Shown here: positions 19,401 to 28,744 of the stretch, in pieces
Layout of the letters: every line of letters starts with the position of its first letter
How positions within the stretch are numbered: the first letter of the stretch is position 1
Assembly: GCA_965116965.1 (NCBI GenBank)
Contig: OZ220743.1
Span: 3,958,628 to 4,022,627 of the forward strand
Source of the DNA: Acidimicrobiales bacterium
GTDB lineage: Bacteria; Actinomycetota; Acidimicrobiia; Acidimicrobiales; Aldehydirespiratoraceae
DNA length: 64,000 nt
Direction of reading: 5' to 3'
Translations under genes and position numbers: made by a program
The notes under the pieces: model-generated
Seen by the model: only the letters and a program-made list of their open reading frames with translations
Database searches by the model: none
Told to the model about the DNA's origin: nothing

Positions 19401-22400
19401 CTTACGCACAGAGTCCAAGAGCCAAACATCCTGTGGGAGATCACCGATTCGTGGATGCGCTACGAGGGCGAGGACGGCAGCGATCGCTCGGAGAGTGCCG
19501 ATCTCTATCTGTGGCTGGATGCTTGCACCGCCGCGGCTCACAAAGACCCGCTCAGTCTCAACACCGCGGAGGCACTCATCGCGGGGGAGGGCTGGTACAA
19601 GTGCTGGCTGCGCTCCACGATAGCGCTGGCTCGAGCCGAGGCTCCCTGTGCTGAGGAGCGAGCTCTGCTGGCGGTCGAGGCGATTCGACATCTGGCCTCG
19701 GATCTTGAGCCTTTCGCGGGCGAGCCACGTGCCTGCGATCTCTTCTCGATCCACCCCACGATCCAACAAACAATCAGACGCGCGATGAGGCTCGTCGATG
19801 ACGAGCGATGGTTCGAGTGCATCGAGACGCTCTACAACGTCAGCGCTTCGATCACCACGACACTGCGTGGGGAGATCGGCGGGCCGGTGCCCCCCGCATT
19901 CGTTCTGGATGTCGCTGTCGAACGCGGTACCGCCTCGGCGCAGGACGCCGCGGCGGCGCTTCTTCGCCGAGAGCTCGAACAGTCCTCAGCCGGCCGCTAC
20001 TACTCGGACCTAGCGGAGTTCCATCTGCTGGGGGCGCGCCTGGCGCTCCGTGCAGACGACCGGGATGAGGCGCGTCGACAGTGGCTAAAGGCATGCACGA
20101 TGCTGAGTGCCTACGGGTGGCGAAAAGACAGCACCGTCTACGAACTGCTGGATCCGCTGTCCAGTCTCATCGCTGCCGACGAAGTACGCGGCCGAGAGTG
20201 CTTGACAATGGTCCAGCCTCTATGTGAGCGCGTCGCTTCGCACACCGACGGCAAGGAGACCTGGTATGCGCCGTGGCGATGGGGGGCTCTGCTCGCCCAG
20301 GCGGACCCTTATGCGCTCGCACGCATTGCGGCGCGCCGCTTGCTGGCCGAATGCAACCAACCCAACGGCCGACTGCACGACGCCCTAGAAGAGATTTGGA
20401 CCCGGTGGTTCAAACAAGTTGACCCTGTGATCGCGGGATCGCTGCGCTTGGCGCTTGATGTGGCGCTCAAACCCGAGGACCCTGAAGCCCTCTCACTCTT
20501 GGGCAGTTGTCCTCGACCAGACGACGCCGTCGAGTCGCTAATGAGGCTGTTGCTCGCGCGAGCCAACGAGCGGCCCATTTCCAGCGGGCCTTCACAGGAT
20601 GACGAGGTGGGCAACCTCGACGAGCTCTTGGAAGGAATCAACGCCGTTGCGCGAGCCGAGGGTCTGCCTGAGGTGAATCCCCATCTCGGTGACGGCCACG
20701 CAAACCGGCAGGGTTCCTCCCGGGCAACGTCGCTGCCAACCGCGCAGTCAACTAAGCCGCGGCAAGAGGCGCCCCCCGAGCCGTTTCCTGTGGGCGCGCC
20801 CGGGCTAGCCACGGCCATTCGTTGGTGGCGCAAGCGTCCCTACCAGCACTCAGAAGCTGGCTGGGCAGTGGAGCGGTTCGCCAACGCAGTCGGTTATCGC
20901 ATGGTCGAACTCGCAAACACTGGCCGCGAGGCAGACGCGGAGCACGGGCTGCGGCTACTGGCTCAGGCATCGCGGGGCAATGAGGGCTGCAGCGTTCTGC
21001 AGGCGATCGCAGCCGGTCTAGAGCGGCATCAGTTGTCTCGTCTCGCCGCCATCGCACACGCACTTACCTGGACCCGAACTCGTTCAGGCGGCTGGCTGAA
21101 CTTCGGCGGCGAGACAGCGATCGCGTCGCTGCACCGGGCCAGCCAACATGATCCGGCACTCGCGCTGGAAGTGGTAGGCGGCGAGATCGAGCGCGTTGTG
21201 GCCGGAGACACCTACGGAACGGACGGCGTGACTCGCGCGCTAGTTGTTGCCTTCGCCTCCGGAGCCCTATCCACACCGACTGGCGAGTCGCTCGACCTTG
21301 CTTTCGACTATTGGCGTGAGGCCTACGACGTGATTGCGAGCAGAACGCCACGAGTCCACGAATGGGACGATCCAAGTGATCTCTACACGTCCGCGAACTC
21401 GACGGGCCCAACGGAGACCCAAGATCTGGACGGGGCGTTCGCGCTTGGAGTTGCGGCAAGCATTTCCGCCGCGCCACGAGAGCAGAAGAGGCGAGCGTTC
21501 CTGGCCGTGAAGCTGCTGATCTCAAACCGTCCAGCCGCGATGGCCGCTGCGTTGGATTTCGCCCTTGGGGCCGTCACGGATCCCGCCACCCTGGTGTGGC
21601 TGCTGCGACTGATCGAGACCGACAACAGTCATCGCGAGGCGATCATCGAAGCGTGCAAACAGCAGATCCTGCGGCTGTCGACGGACCGACATCTGGTGGT
21701 TCGCGCTCTCGCCAGACGCCTCGTGGCGCAGGACGCACCTGCGTTGCCGCCGCCCGAGACGGCCGACCGTGCGCTCATAGAAGACCCGCACCGGCGTCTC
21801 TGGACCCCCGACGGCTACCAGAATCTCGAGCACTCCGAACCCGTCGTCGAACTCGTGGAGTCGGTTGCACCACACCGACTCCACAAGGCGGAGACACTGC
21901 TACCAGGGATTGGAGCAGCCGTATGCGAGCGCGTGGCGGCCGCGACCGACGGTGAGCGCTTTCGACAACAACTGAGGAGACAGCTGAATGCGTTCGACCC
22001 GGCGCAAGAACGACCTCCGAACGCTTACTTGGCAACGCACCAGATGGTCGAACAGGCACTGCAACGTTCTGCAGCCGGCGGTCGCGCTGCCTGCATCGCT
22101 CGGGGCATCGCGTTACCTGACCCGATCCGCTGGGAGGATGATCTCGCAGAAGCGCTGCTCGATGACCCACGGCTTGCGTTGGCGCTGGAGGCAACACGGA
22201 TCGCGAGGCCTCCCGTTGCGCCTCCGCCCTCAGTGCCAACCCAATCGTGGAACGACCTCCAGCCAGCAGACTCCCCGAACCCTCTGGAAGCCGTTTCGGA
22301 AGATCAGGTTTCATCCGGTAGCGAACGGTACATCACGATGGGGCTGAGTGATCCCGACGCCGCACCGATGACATCCCAGCGCTGGATCCGGGGTTGGTAT

Positions 22401-22964
22401 CCACTCGCCGTCGTCGAGCGCCGAACCCTGCGACCACCGAACCCTTCCGACCAGAGAGAGTCTCGGGCGACTCGATTCCATGCTCTGGAGATCCGAGATC
22501 CTGAAGACGAGGAAGGACTCCGACACCCACCAGTTGCCCGAAGCGACATCCGAATGTGGACGACCGAAGTTGATCTGCAGCCAGTGATACGACCGCCCGA
22601 CCGAGCAGCGCCGATCATCGGGCTAGACCTGCGAGCAGACGTAGCTGAGGACGGACACTCCGGGCTAGGCGTCCATCTTCCGCTGCTAACGCCGTCACCC
22701 CTCCTGATGGCACTACTGGACCTTCATCCCGGCGAACTATTTTCGCTGAGAGACAGCCGTGGCCGCGGGCTGGCGCTGCTGACCTGGCGCACCGACTATT
22801 GCTCACGGGGACGCGACCTGGCGTACCCACTCATCGTCGGCTCGGCCGTGATGGCACGCACCGACCTGTTCGAGAGACTGCTCGACACGGACCGAGGCAG
22901 GTTCTTCGTCCGAGACTTCCTGATCACGAGTTCAGCTCTAGCGAGCATTCCTCTAGAGCGCTGA
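16428..22964 (+). CDS. Giant Cap4/DUF4297-like nuclease / NACHT-like NTPase / helical repeat protein (Avs/bNACHT-like)
   Basis: The ORF is 2178 aa. Its N-terminus reads ...THRGYAYQDLMVACRLV...FDDLKTVEVSGTREHIQIKH, combining a GYxYQ motif with a D...ExK nuclease signature. It has a Walker A motif (LIAVGPPGQGKSW) and a Walker B motif (RVALVVDGLDHVSR). More than 1500 aa of mainly helical sequence follow, ending in a non-repeat tail. Confidence 0.8.
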   Translation: MTMASLWPTHRGYAYQDLMVACRLVDMVLGTLIEARVDDRVMPDDCFDDLKTVEVSGTREHIQIKHTQHGERSLSLATFTSDSRRLRLDRVIGAVLANRVVTGFDANVQLFRIVVRDAAPADARLRSVLVSAPVDPGPFVPGAGTTRLAFDSAALWAQVHQQPAADTRSGEFPFAFVGNQLTDLSRSDLDWVCDRVVVEVAAPPSSGDLLEPAAAERLLLRRVRDELGAGVFPNVDRSPVDVAAAVIATARAAREGRVDATATEILRWARLRSDYGAVSRAHPVDESVKIFRQAAVQLFVDSAADRAQAGGALIAVGPPGQGKSWLCHQVLKEFEKWGWLTAEHYCYLGDADQERAQRVLAERVFGSLIARLAEADARLVTENRPLLAADEDSLAACVARSIELEPERRVALVVDGLDHVSRVRASDARECDPSQSLAEALASLELPAGSVLIVLSQPGSHLSPLERSGAATLKVPRLDEMELCNLVVRHGLMPDDASHGTEGTWLLSGEMEIAEFLDALSTRSDGNALYATYLCREVLRHDQAQAGAAAIVMGLPAFDGTLKSYYEHLRSALTPGGAWVADLIALIDFSITRSELKAIRPDTEHHIDDALAVLAPVLCEHAMQGGVRIYHESFARYWCEPFQANPSVRAALLEHMTDWLTSLGFFDDQRAYCHLIPLLADSGRDSEVVEMIGIDFVVRSIAAGFAAFEITKNLARAIRCASRVGDWAKVARFVELVRAAECYQRERYDSVLVDFADVPVGLLGSEAVAERLLHDDRTVMPVRAGLQMCAAVDGLGGVAPWEHYLDRFDREPDFDGVVYDGDSDRAVALAYLRGWLRLEAVTGLRGLRRDTSPTTAPAGVDLAVRQDPGEPPDHPAAATDQTDWQEVAAYIGENQLDAYDVMEVILDTFGSDGVRQITPLLEQPATVFLSVARHVADRHLEAELGTARSWALEAVQHGTAAGALHVVLSLGVDVNEVVGSGPEEARDTLVNLTHRVQEPNILWEITDSWMRYEGEDGSDRSESADLYLWLDACTAAAHKDPLSLNTAEALIAGEGWYKCWLRSTIALARAEAPCAEERALLAVEAIRHLASDLEPFAGEPRACDLFSIHPTIQQTIRRAMRLVDDERWFECIETLYNVSASITTTLRGEIGGPVPPAFVLDVAVERGTASAQDAAAALLRRELEQSSAGRYYSDLAEFHLLGARLALRADDRDEARRQWLKACTMLSAYGWRKDSTVYELLDPLSSLIAADEVRGRECLTMVQPLCERVASHTDGKETWYAPWRWGALLAQADPYALARIAARRLLAECNQPNGRLHDALEEIWTRWFKQVDPVIAGSLRLALDVALKPEDPEALSLLGSCPRPDDAVESLMRLLLARANERPISSGPSQDDEVGNLDELLEGINAVARAEGLPEVNPHLGDGHANRQGSSRATSLPTAQSTKPRQEAPPEPFPVGAPGLATAIRWWRKRPYQHSEAGWAVERFANAVGYRMVELANTGREADAEHGLRLLAQASRGNEGCSVLQAIAAGLERHQLSRLAAIAHALTWTRTRSGGWLNFGGETAIASLHRASQHDPALALEVVGGEIERVVAGDTYGTDGVTRALVVAFASGALSTPTGESLDLAFDYWREAYDVIASRTPRVHEWDDPSDLYTSANSTGPTETQDLDGAFALGVAASISAAPREQKRRAFLAVKLLISNRPAAMAAALDFALGAVTDPATLVWLLRLIETDNSHREAIIEACKQQILRLSTDRHLVVRALARRLVAQDAPALPPPETADRALIEDPHRRLWTPDGYQNLEHSEPVVELVESVAPHRLHKAETLLPGIGAAVCERVAAATDGERFRQQLRRQLNAFDPAQERPPNAYLATHQMVEQALQRSAAGGRAACIARGIALPDPIRWEDDLAEALLDDPRLALALEATRIARPPVAPPPSVPTQSWNDLQPADSPNPLEAVSEDQVSSGSERYITMGLSDPDAAPMTSQRWIRGWYPLAVVERRTLRPPNPSDQRESRATRFHALEIRDPEDEEGLRHPPVARSDIRMWTTEVDLQPVIRPPDRAAPIIGLDLRADVAEDGHSGLGVHLPLLTPSPLLMALLDLHPGELFSLRDSRGRGLALLTWRTDYCSRGRDLAYPLIVGSAVMARTDLFERLLDTDRGRFFVRDFLITSSALASIPLER

Positions 22965-22990
22965 GAACAGGCCACTACGGATGAGCCGTG

Positions 22991-23345
22991 TCAATGGCCA
23001 CTAAGATCTGTCCGGTGGCGGGCAGTAGAACTGCCCAGCCGTGGCCAAAGGGATTGCCCAGCGGCGGTCAGGTGTTCTGCCCCGCAGTTCAGTTGGTCAA
23101 TGGCATCACCTCCTGACCGGCGGTGGGCTTGGGTGAGGCGGATGCTGTCGCCGCCTGTCACGACGACGTGAACGTGGTGCAGGAGCCGGGTCGAGGGTGG
23201 CGTTGGCTAATGGTCTTGGGCATGAGTCTGTCGAACGCGGGCCGGGTGAGAGTCTTTCGACGGGGTGTAGAGCGCCTCGGCGGTGTCGGTGTCGGCTGAG
23301 AGTGGGCCGATGTCGTCGATCCCGACAATGTCGGCGCGGATGCAC
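22991..23345 (-). pseudogene. IS21-family IstB helper ATPase remnant (C-terminal fragment, frameshifted)
   Basis: Minus-strand pieces appear in three frames: ...DIVGIDDIGPLSADTDTAEALY..., ...AFDRLMPKTI... and ...RLLHHVHVVVTGGDSIRLTQAHRRSGG.... Together they match the conserved IstB C-terminus (..LDRLLHHxHvv.i.GeSYRL..). The Walker A part and istA are missing. Confidence 0.55.
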
Positions 23346-23593
23346 CCACCCGGGCCGACTCTGAGCAGACGCGGACATCAACACAGGCAGATCAGACGGC
23401 CGCTAACGGCGAGTACTGCTGACCACCCCAGCGGGAGCCCACATGGCGCCACCGGGCACGATCTCACCTGCCGATATTCGGGTAGTGGCGAGACGTAACG
23501 CTTCCTCAGGCGCGAGGCCTTCTTGGAAGTCCTCCGGGTCTTCTAGGCTGCTCGGCCTGCGGGCGTATCGCCCAGTAGGAGGGATCTCCGTTC

Positions 23594-25333
23594 ATGTCTT
23601 CCCCGGAGTTGCTTGACGCCGTTCCCTACTGGACGGAGAAGATGTACCCGCCTGGAGGAGGCCAAGATCACCTCGGCCTGGGCTCGGTCGTGACCGACGG
23701 AATCCTGCCTCGTCTATCGCCGGGGATCAATGTGCTGACGATTCACCCCCGTTACTGGTCGTTCTATGCCTTCGTGCTCAGCGAGTTCTGGATGCGTGAT
23801 CTCCCTCGGACCAAGGCGGCCTTGAAGGCGTGGTATCGCCCACTTGAGTGCATCTACTCGGTTGCGTGCAGCTTGTGCGACGGCCCGGACCATCGAGGGG
23901 CACCGATCGGAACGCGCCGCATCAGCTCTGTCGTGGCGCAGGAACCCGACGGGTTCGATCCGCAGTTTCACTACATGGACTCGCCAATGGGTGGCTACGG
24001 CCTCTACTACGCGACCGTTATGCAGGCGGTCGGCCTTGTCGCACTCGCTGATCGGCGGCTGGGGCTGACGGTCGATGCCGTGACGCCGGCAGGGCAACGC
24101 GTCGCCAAGGCCTTCCAATCGGTGATAGCCGACACTGAGTACTACCGGCATTGGATCGACCGCCACGACGAACCGGTTCCGCACACAGTTGCCGCCGAAT
24201 ATGGTCAGCGAGCCTGTTTCTGCCGGCTGCGAGAGCCAGGAGCACACGACCGTCCGATCCTGGTGGACGCCTTTCTTCACCTCGGGAACCCTGGCGAGTC
24301 AGCCGCTCGACGCGACACGCTCCGCTTCATGTGCGAGCTCTCTGCACAATCAGCGGCGACGCCCGTCGACGAGTCATCGTTCCGACGCCTGATCTACTTC
24401 GGCGCCGACCGTGGCGATGAACACTCCAAGGGGCCGATTTTCGTTCCGAGCGAGCCGATCCTGAGCACAGCTCGACGATGGCGCCTGTATCAGGCTCGCG
24501 AGTACTTCAACGCTTCTGTCAACGAGATGTGGCGTCGCCTGACCTATTGGGGGCTCCAACGCCAGGGGGATTCCGTTCCGGTACCGATGACCGAAGTGCG
24601 TGCGTCGCTTGAGGAGATCGATTTCGCGTCGTTCGCGTCGTCAATCGGAGTCGATCTGCCGGATGCCGGTCTTTCGGCGGGCTCCTCCTACCAGGTCCTT
24701 CTCGATTGGGTTATGAGTGTTGGCGGTGTTTCGGGGGAGTTGGACGATCGATGGAACCTGGACGCGGCGCTATCGGAGGACAAGATCATCGAATGGCTCG
24801 ACTACGAGGGCTCTTCGACCGAGGCAGGCGCGGATTACCTAGCAGCGGCTCTGACCCTCATCACTTTCGTGGCTGCGCGGCTTTGGAGGGCTGAACTGGC
24901 GCTGGTGGAACCCGACGATTGGTTCCCCGTGCTCGCAGGCGGACGCAAGCGCCTCGGAATGCAGCGCTTCTTGGGTCAGCTTCGCGAACGGGTGAATGAT
25001 GGTGCGACCGTCGGGGACGTGGCTGAGTGGCTCACGTTCGACTACGTGATCTCGCAGCACGAGCGAGTCGCCATGGCGAAACTCCCCACGACTGGCGACA
25101 CGTTCCGGTTCCGGCGCGAAGCTGGCCGGTTGCGGTTCTTCCCAAAGGTCACACGGGTCGGCATGAACGATTCGAGGTTCAACGCCTTGGCGACCTTCCT
25201 CTTCGAATTCGGATGGTGCGGGTACCTATATGAGGAGGATCACGACCTCAACGACGAGGGCGAGGCGATGCGGCTGGCAGGAGATCTCCAGCCGACGGGC
25301 GACTTCGACTTCTTGAGCCCGGGGGATGGATGA
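23594..25333 (+). CDS. Hypothetical protein (579 aa), partner of the PLD nuclease
   Basis: This is a long ORF with coding-like composition. Its stop overlaps the next gene's start as ATGA (25330-25333). I recognise no motif in it, and it has no P-loop. The N-terminus reads ...HLGLGSVVTDGILPRLSPGINVLTIHPRYWSFYAFVLSEFW.... Confidence 0.6.
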   Translation: MSSPELLDAVPYWTEKMYPPGGGQDHLGLGSVVTDGILPRLSPGINVLTIHPRYWSFYAFVLSEFWMRDLPRTKAALKAWYRPLECIYSVACSLCDGPDHRGAPIGTRRISSVVAQEPDGFDPQFHYMDSPMGGYGLYYATVMQAVGLVALADRRLGLTVDAVTPAGQRVAKAFQSVIADTEYYRHWIDRHDEPVPHTVAAEYGQRACFCRLREPGAHDRPILVDAFLHLGNPGESAARRDTLRFMCELSAQSAATPVDESSFRRLIYFGADRGDEHSKGPIFVPSEPILSTARRWRLYQAREYFNASVNEMWRRLTYWGLQRQGDSVPVPMTEVRASLEEIDFASFASSIGVDLPDAGLSAGSSYQVLLDWVMSVGGVSGELDDRWNLDAALSEDKIIEWLDYEGSSTEAGADYLAAALTLITFVAARLWRAELALVEPDDWFPVLAGGRKRLGMQRFLGQLRERVNDGATVGDVAEWLTFDYVISQHERVAMAKLPTTGDTFRFRREAGRLRFFPKVTRVGMNDSRFNALATFLFEFGWCGYLYEEDHDLNDEGEAMRLAGDLQPTGDFDFLSPGDG

Positions 25334-28074
25334 CGTCTCCACGGATACAGATCCCGCCGCTGTTGGACGCGGCTTGGGACAGTGCTCTCATCATGACCTA
25401 CGGGGCTGACCTGGAGTTCTATGAGCAGCACCTTCTTCCGCTGCTGACTAGGAGCCGGAACAGGGTGATCTTCTCCGACGGTCGTCAGACCGCTCGAAGA
25501 CTCACTGACACGAACAGCCGAGTGCAGCTTCGCCAAGTGAACCGGACCTATGTGATCGCGCCCCTTCAGACCGGCACCGCGGCTCACGCGAAGCTGATCA
25601 TGCTCCTGAGCGAGGATCAGGGCCTACTCGCTGTTGGGTCGGGCAATCTCGACATGAGCGGCTACGCCTCACAGGGCGAGTGCTTCTCGTCGTATCACTG
25701 GTCACAAGATGATCAGAGCCAACGAGGAGAGTTCCTCGCCGCGAGGGACTTCATCGATCAGGTGTGCGAGAAGCGACTGGTCGACTCTTTCGTGCAGACA
25801 CGTGTTCACCAGGCCTGGCGGGACGCACCATGGCTGTACGGCAGAGCGGAGGACAGCGGCTCACGGTTACGCCACAACCTTGATCGGGCCCTGCTAGATC
25901 AGTTCGCAGAAGCCATTAGCGGACGCACCGTGGACGAACTCGTCGTGCACGCACCGTTCTATGACCACCGATGTGAGGCACTTGCCGAGCTGATCCAGCG
26001 CATGTCGCCGGCGACGCTACAAGTGCTCGTGCAGGAGCATCGCACCTCGGTGGACCCTCAACGACTCACAGCCGTGCTCGATGCTGCCCCCGGGCTCAGC
26101 GACGTTCGGTCCGTACGGGCACCGGACGCGGGAACCTTCCTGCATGCGAAGTTCCTGATCGCTCGCTGCGAGGGGACCGCGATCTGTTTGCAGGGCTCAC
26201 CGAACATCTCTTCGTCTGCCCTCCTCGGTGCCTACCCCAACGGCAACATCGAACTCGCGAACCTCCTGATCGGTGAACGGACGGCCTTTGACCACCTCAT
26301 CAACAGCCTCGTCGTCAGCCCCGATTCGATCGACATCACTCAGCTCGGCCTTGGCCTCACAAACGACGGCGACGATGATGAACACGGGTCTCCGTCGCGG
26401 CATGCCGCTACGGAACTCTCGTGGGACACTCCCACGCTGAGCGGCGTCTTCGACCGAGAAGTGCTGGTGCCCCCGCGGCTCATCGTCGACGGCGCCATAG
26501 TCGCTGAGGTCGCATGGGAGTTGAGCGAGCCCTCCGCCGGCAGGACCAGATTCGCGGTGAACCTCGAAGAGCAGGCCGCGTCTGCGCTCAACGGCGTCGC
26601 TGCGGTGCGCTTCATCTTCGAGACTGGCGAGGAGACGTTGCCGACATTTCCGTACCACGTCAACGCGCTGAACGCCCTGGCGTCAGGCCAGGCACGCACA
26701 GACCTCCTCAAGCAAGCCGGGGACCTCGATCTCGGAGACGCCGAACTCGAAGAACTGCTAGCACAACTCGACGCGGCCCTTGTCGTCGACCGCGGGAGCA
26801 TCTGGCGGATGCTGAAGCGCAAAGCGCCCGAAGCAAGCGACGACGACACTTCGATTTCGATCGCGTACGACGAACTGGACTGGGACGCCATCCAGTCGCA
26901 TCCGAAGCTGGCTCAATACCGAAACTGGGATCAACGCTCCGCGTCAAGTCCCACTGATCTCGGGATACTCCTCACATCGATAGCCGAGCGGTTCGAGGCC
27001 GATGTGCGGCGGGCCCGAACGGGCGATCCAGGAGCGGATGGGCCCGACTCGTCCGCTGATGGGCTCAATGATCTGGCGAGGGAGATCGAGGCTGAAGACG
27101 AGGAGGCTGCTGAGGAGAACGACGCCGTACAGGAGCAGCGCCGGTTGAGTCTACGATCGAGAGCCAAGCGGCAGTTCCACGGCTTCGTCAAGCGGTTCGT
27201 GAACGGACTCACCGACGAAGAATTCACTCGCTACGTCGGGCCACCTGTCATCGTTCCCAGCTACGTGATATTCAACCATCTGTGCTGGAAGCTCATACAG
27301 ATCGACCTAGCCGACCCCATCAGAATCATCAACGCTCAGACGGCTCTCTGGAAGTTCTTCTGGGGGGACAAGAACGAGTCCGGATACTTCGCAGCACTCA
27401 GCACCGCCGAACAGGAAGCCGCACTTGACATTCTTGACCGCCACCATTCTGAGGCGGTCCTGCTTTGCTCGCTATTCCAAGCCCACGCGCACACCCTGCA
27501 CGAACCAGACGACAGAACGCTCGTCGAAGTACGCGACATGTGGCGGACGGTGCTTCCTCACCCGCTGTGGCAGCCGACCAAGCCGGCCCTGGACGACTCG
27601 GCGACGCTGCTCCGACACTCGTGCAAGAGGACGCATAACCTAGTCGAGAAGCTGGACACCCTCGCGTCGTACGTCTCTGATGGCGAGCCGCTAGCCACTG
27701 TCGGTCAGGCCCTCGGTTGCCGATCCGAACGGGTCACCATCACATCCGGGCGTGTGAACCGCGGCTCGCTGGGAACCCAGCATGTACCCATCTACACCAT
27801 CGAAGATCCCGACGCTTCCCTCACGCCCGGCACGGCGTCGCGCGCCTTCTCGTCGCTCGCCGCCCTACATCCCGAAGTCGAGTACATCCGACTTGAGGAC
27901 CGATCACACGACGTAATTGCCTTCGCCGACTTCCGCGACGACAACTTCCTCCATGTGAACCGAGCGACTGACGACAGCCAGGTTCTTGATCCGCCAGCCA
28001 CCGAGACGCCTCCTTGGCGCACCGCGCTGGAATCGCTCCATGACATGGCCGGAGCCGAAGTTACTGCCACCTGA
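25330..28074 (+). CDS. Phospholipase-D-family (double HKD) nuclease-like protein with about 550-aa unknown C-terminal region
   Basis: The ORF is 914 aa. The first HKD motif is TAAHAKLIMLLSEDQGLLAVGSGNL and the second is TFLHAKFLIARCEGTAICLQGSPNISSSAL. An acidic stretch, EIEAEDEEAAEEND, occurs mid-protein. Confidence 0.8.
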   Translation: MTSPRIQIPPLLDAAWDSALIMTYGADLEFYEQHLLPLLTRSRNRVIFSDGRQTARRLTDTNSRVQLRQVNRTYVIAPLQTGTAAHAKLIMLLSEDQGLLAVGSGNLDMSGYASQGECFSSYHWSQDDQSQRGEFLAARDFIDQVCEKRLVDSFVQTRVHQAWRDAPWLYGRAEDSGSRLRHNLDRALLDQFAEAISGRTVDELVVHAPFYDHRCEALAELIQRMSPATLQVLVQEHRTSVDPQRLTAVLDAAPGLSDVRSVRAPDAGTFLHAKFLIARCEGTAICLQGSPNISSSALLGAYPNGNIELANLLIGERTAFDHLINSLVVSPDSIDITQLGLGLTNDGDDDEHGSPSRHAATELSWDTPTLSGVFDREVLVPPRLIVDGAIVAEVAWELSEPSAGRTRFAVNLEEQAASALNGVAAVRFIFETGEETLPTFPYHVNALNALASGQARTDLLKQAGDLDLGDAELEELLAQLDAALVVDRGSIWRMLKRKAPEASDDDTSISIAYDELDWDAIQSHPKLAQYRNWDQRSASSPTDLGILLTSIAERFEADVRRARTGDPGADGPDSSADGLNDLAREIEAEDEEAAEENDAVQEQRRLSLRSRAKRQFHGFVKRFVNGLTDEEFTRYVGPPVIVPSYVIFNHLCWKLIQIDLADPIRIINAQTALWKFFWGDKNESGYFAALSTAEQEAALDILDRHHSEAVLLCSLFQAHAHTLHEPDDRTLVEVRDMWRTVLPHPLWQPTKPALDDSATLLRHSCKRTHNLVEKLDTLASYVSDGEPLATVGQALGCRSERVTITSGRVNRGSLGTQHVPIYTIEDPDASLTPGTASRAFSSLAALHPEVEYIRLEDRSHDVIAFADFRDDNFLHVNRATDDSQVLDPPATETPPWRTALESLHDMAGAEVTAT

Positions 28075-28744
28075 TGCAGGAAACGCTGACCTGTCGGCAA
28101 GAGGTTCTCCGAGTTGCCGTGCGGTCGCGTTCTGGCAGACCTGCGGTGGCCGCTCTTGAGAGGCGGTGATCGACTATCACGCCGACTGTGCTGATGACCC
28201 TCAAAATGGGCCACCGGGATGAGACAGCGCTACGGTGCCGAGACGGAGCGCAGCTTGTAGGTGATGGGACTTGACGAGCAGCCCAGGACGTTGGGGCCGT
28301 CAGAGCGAAGCCCGCACTAGCACCAGAGTGGGGCTGTTCCGGGCGGGCTTGAGCGTTCGGGTAGATCTGTACAGACACCCTCCGAGGCTCAAATCAACGT
28401 CGAGGGCCACCACGCGACAGCACCACGACAGAACTCAACGCGTACGAGGCAGCAGACGTCACCCTTCCCTGCCAGCCTTTCGCGGATGCGGATCTTGGCT
28501 GGCATCGCAGCGATTCAGTTCAGCCCACGGGCGAGCAACCGCCGGGTCACACTGCAAGCTGGCCAGGTCTGGAACGACACGGGTGTCGTTGGACGGCACG
28601 CCGCCTGCGAAAGTGCCACCCCCCTACTCTCCACGCCAGGAGACCGAACCCGTCCCAACCCAGCCAGAAGAAGGGTATCGCCCATGCCCACGGGTCAAGG
28701 AATCCCACAAGGGATTGGGTTGGGCCCAATGGAGGGAGGCAAGA

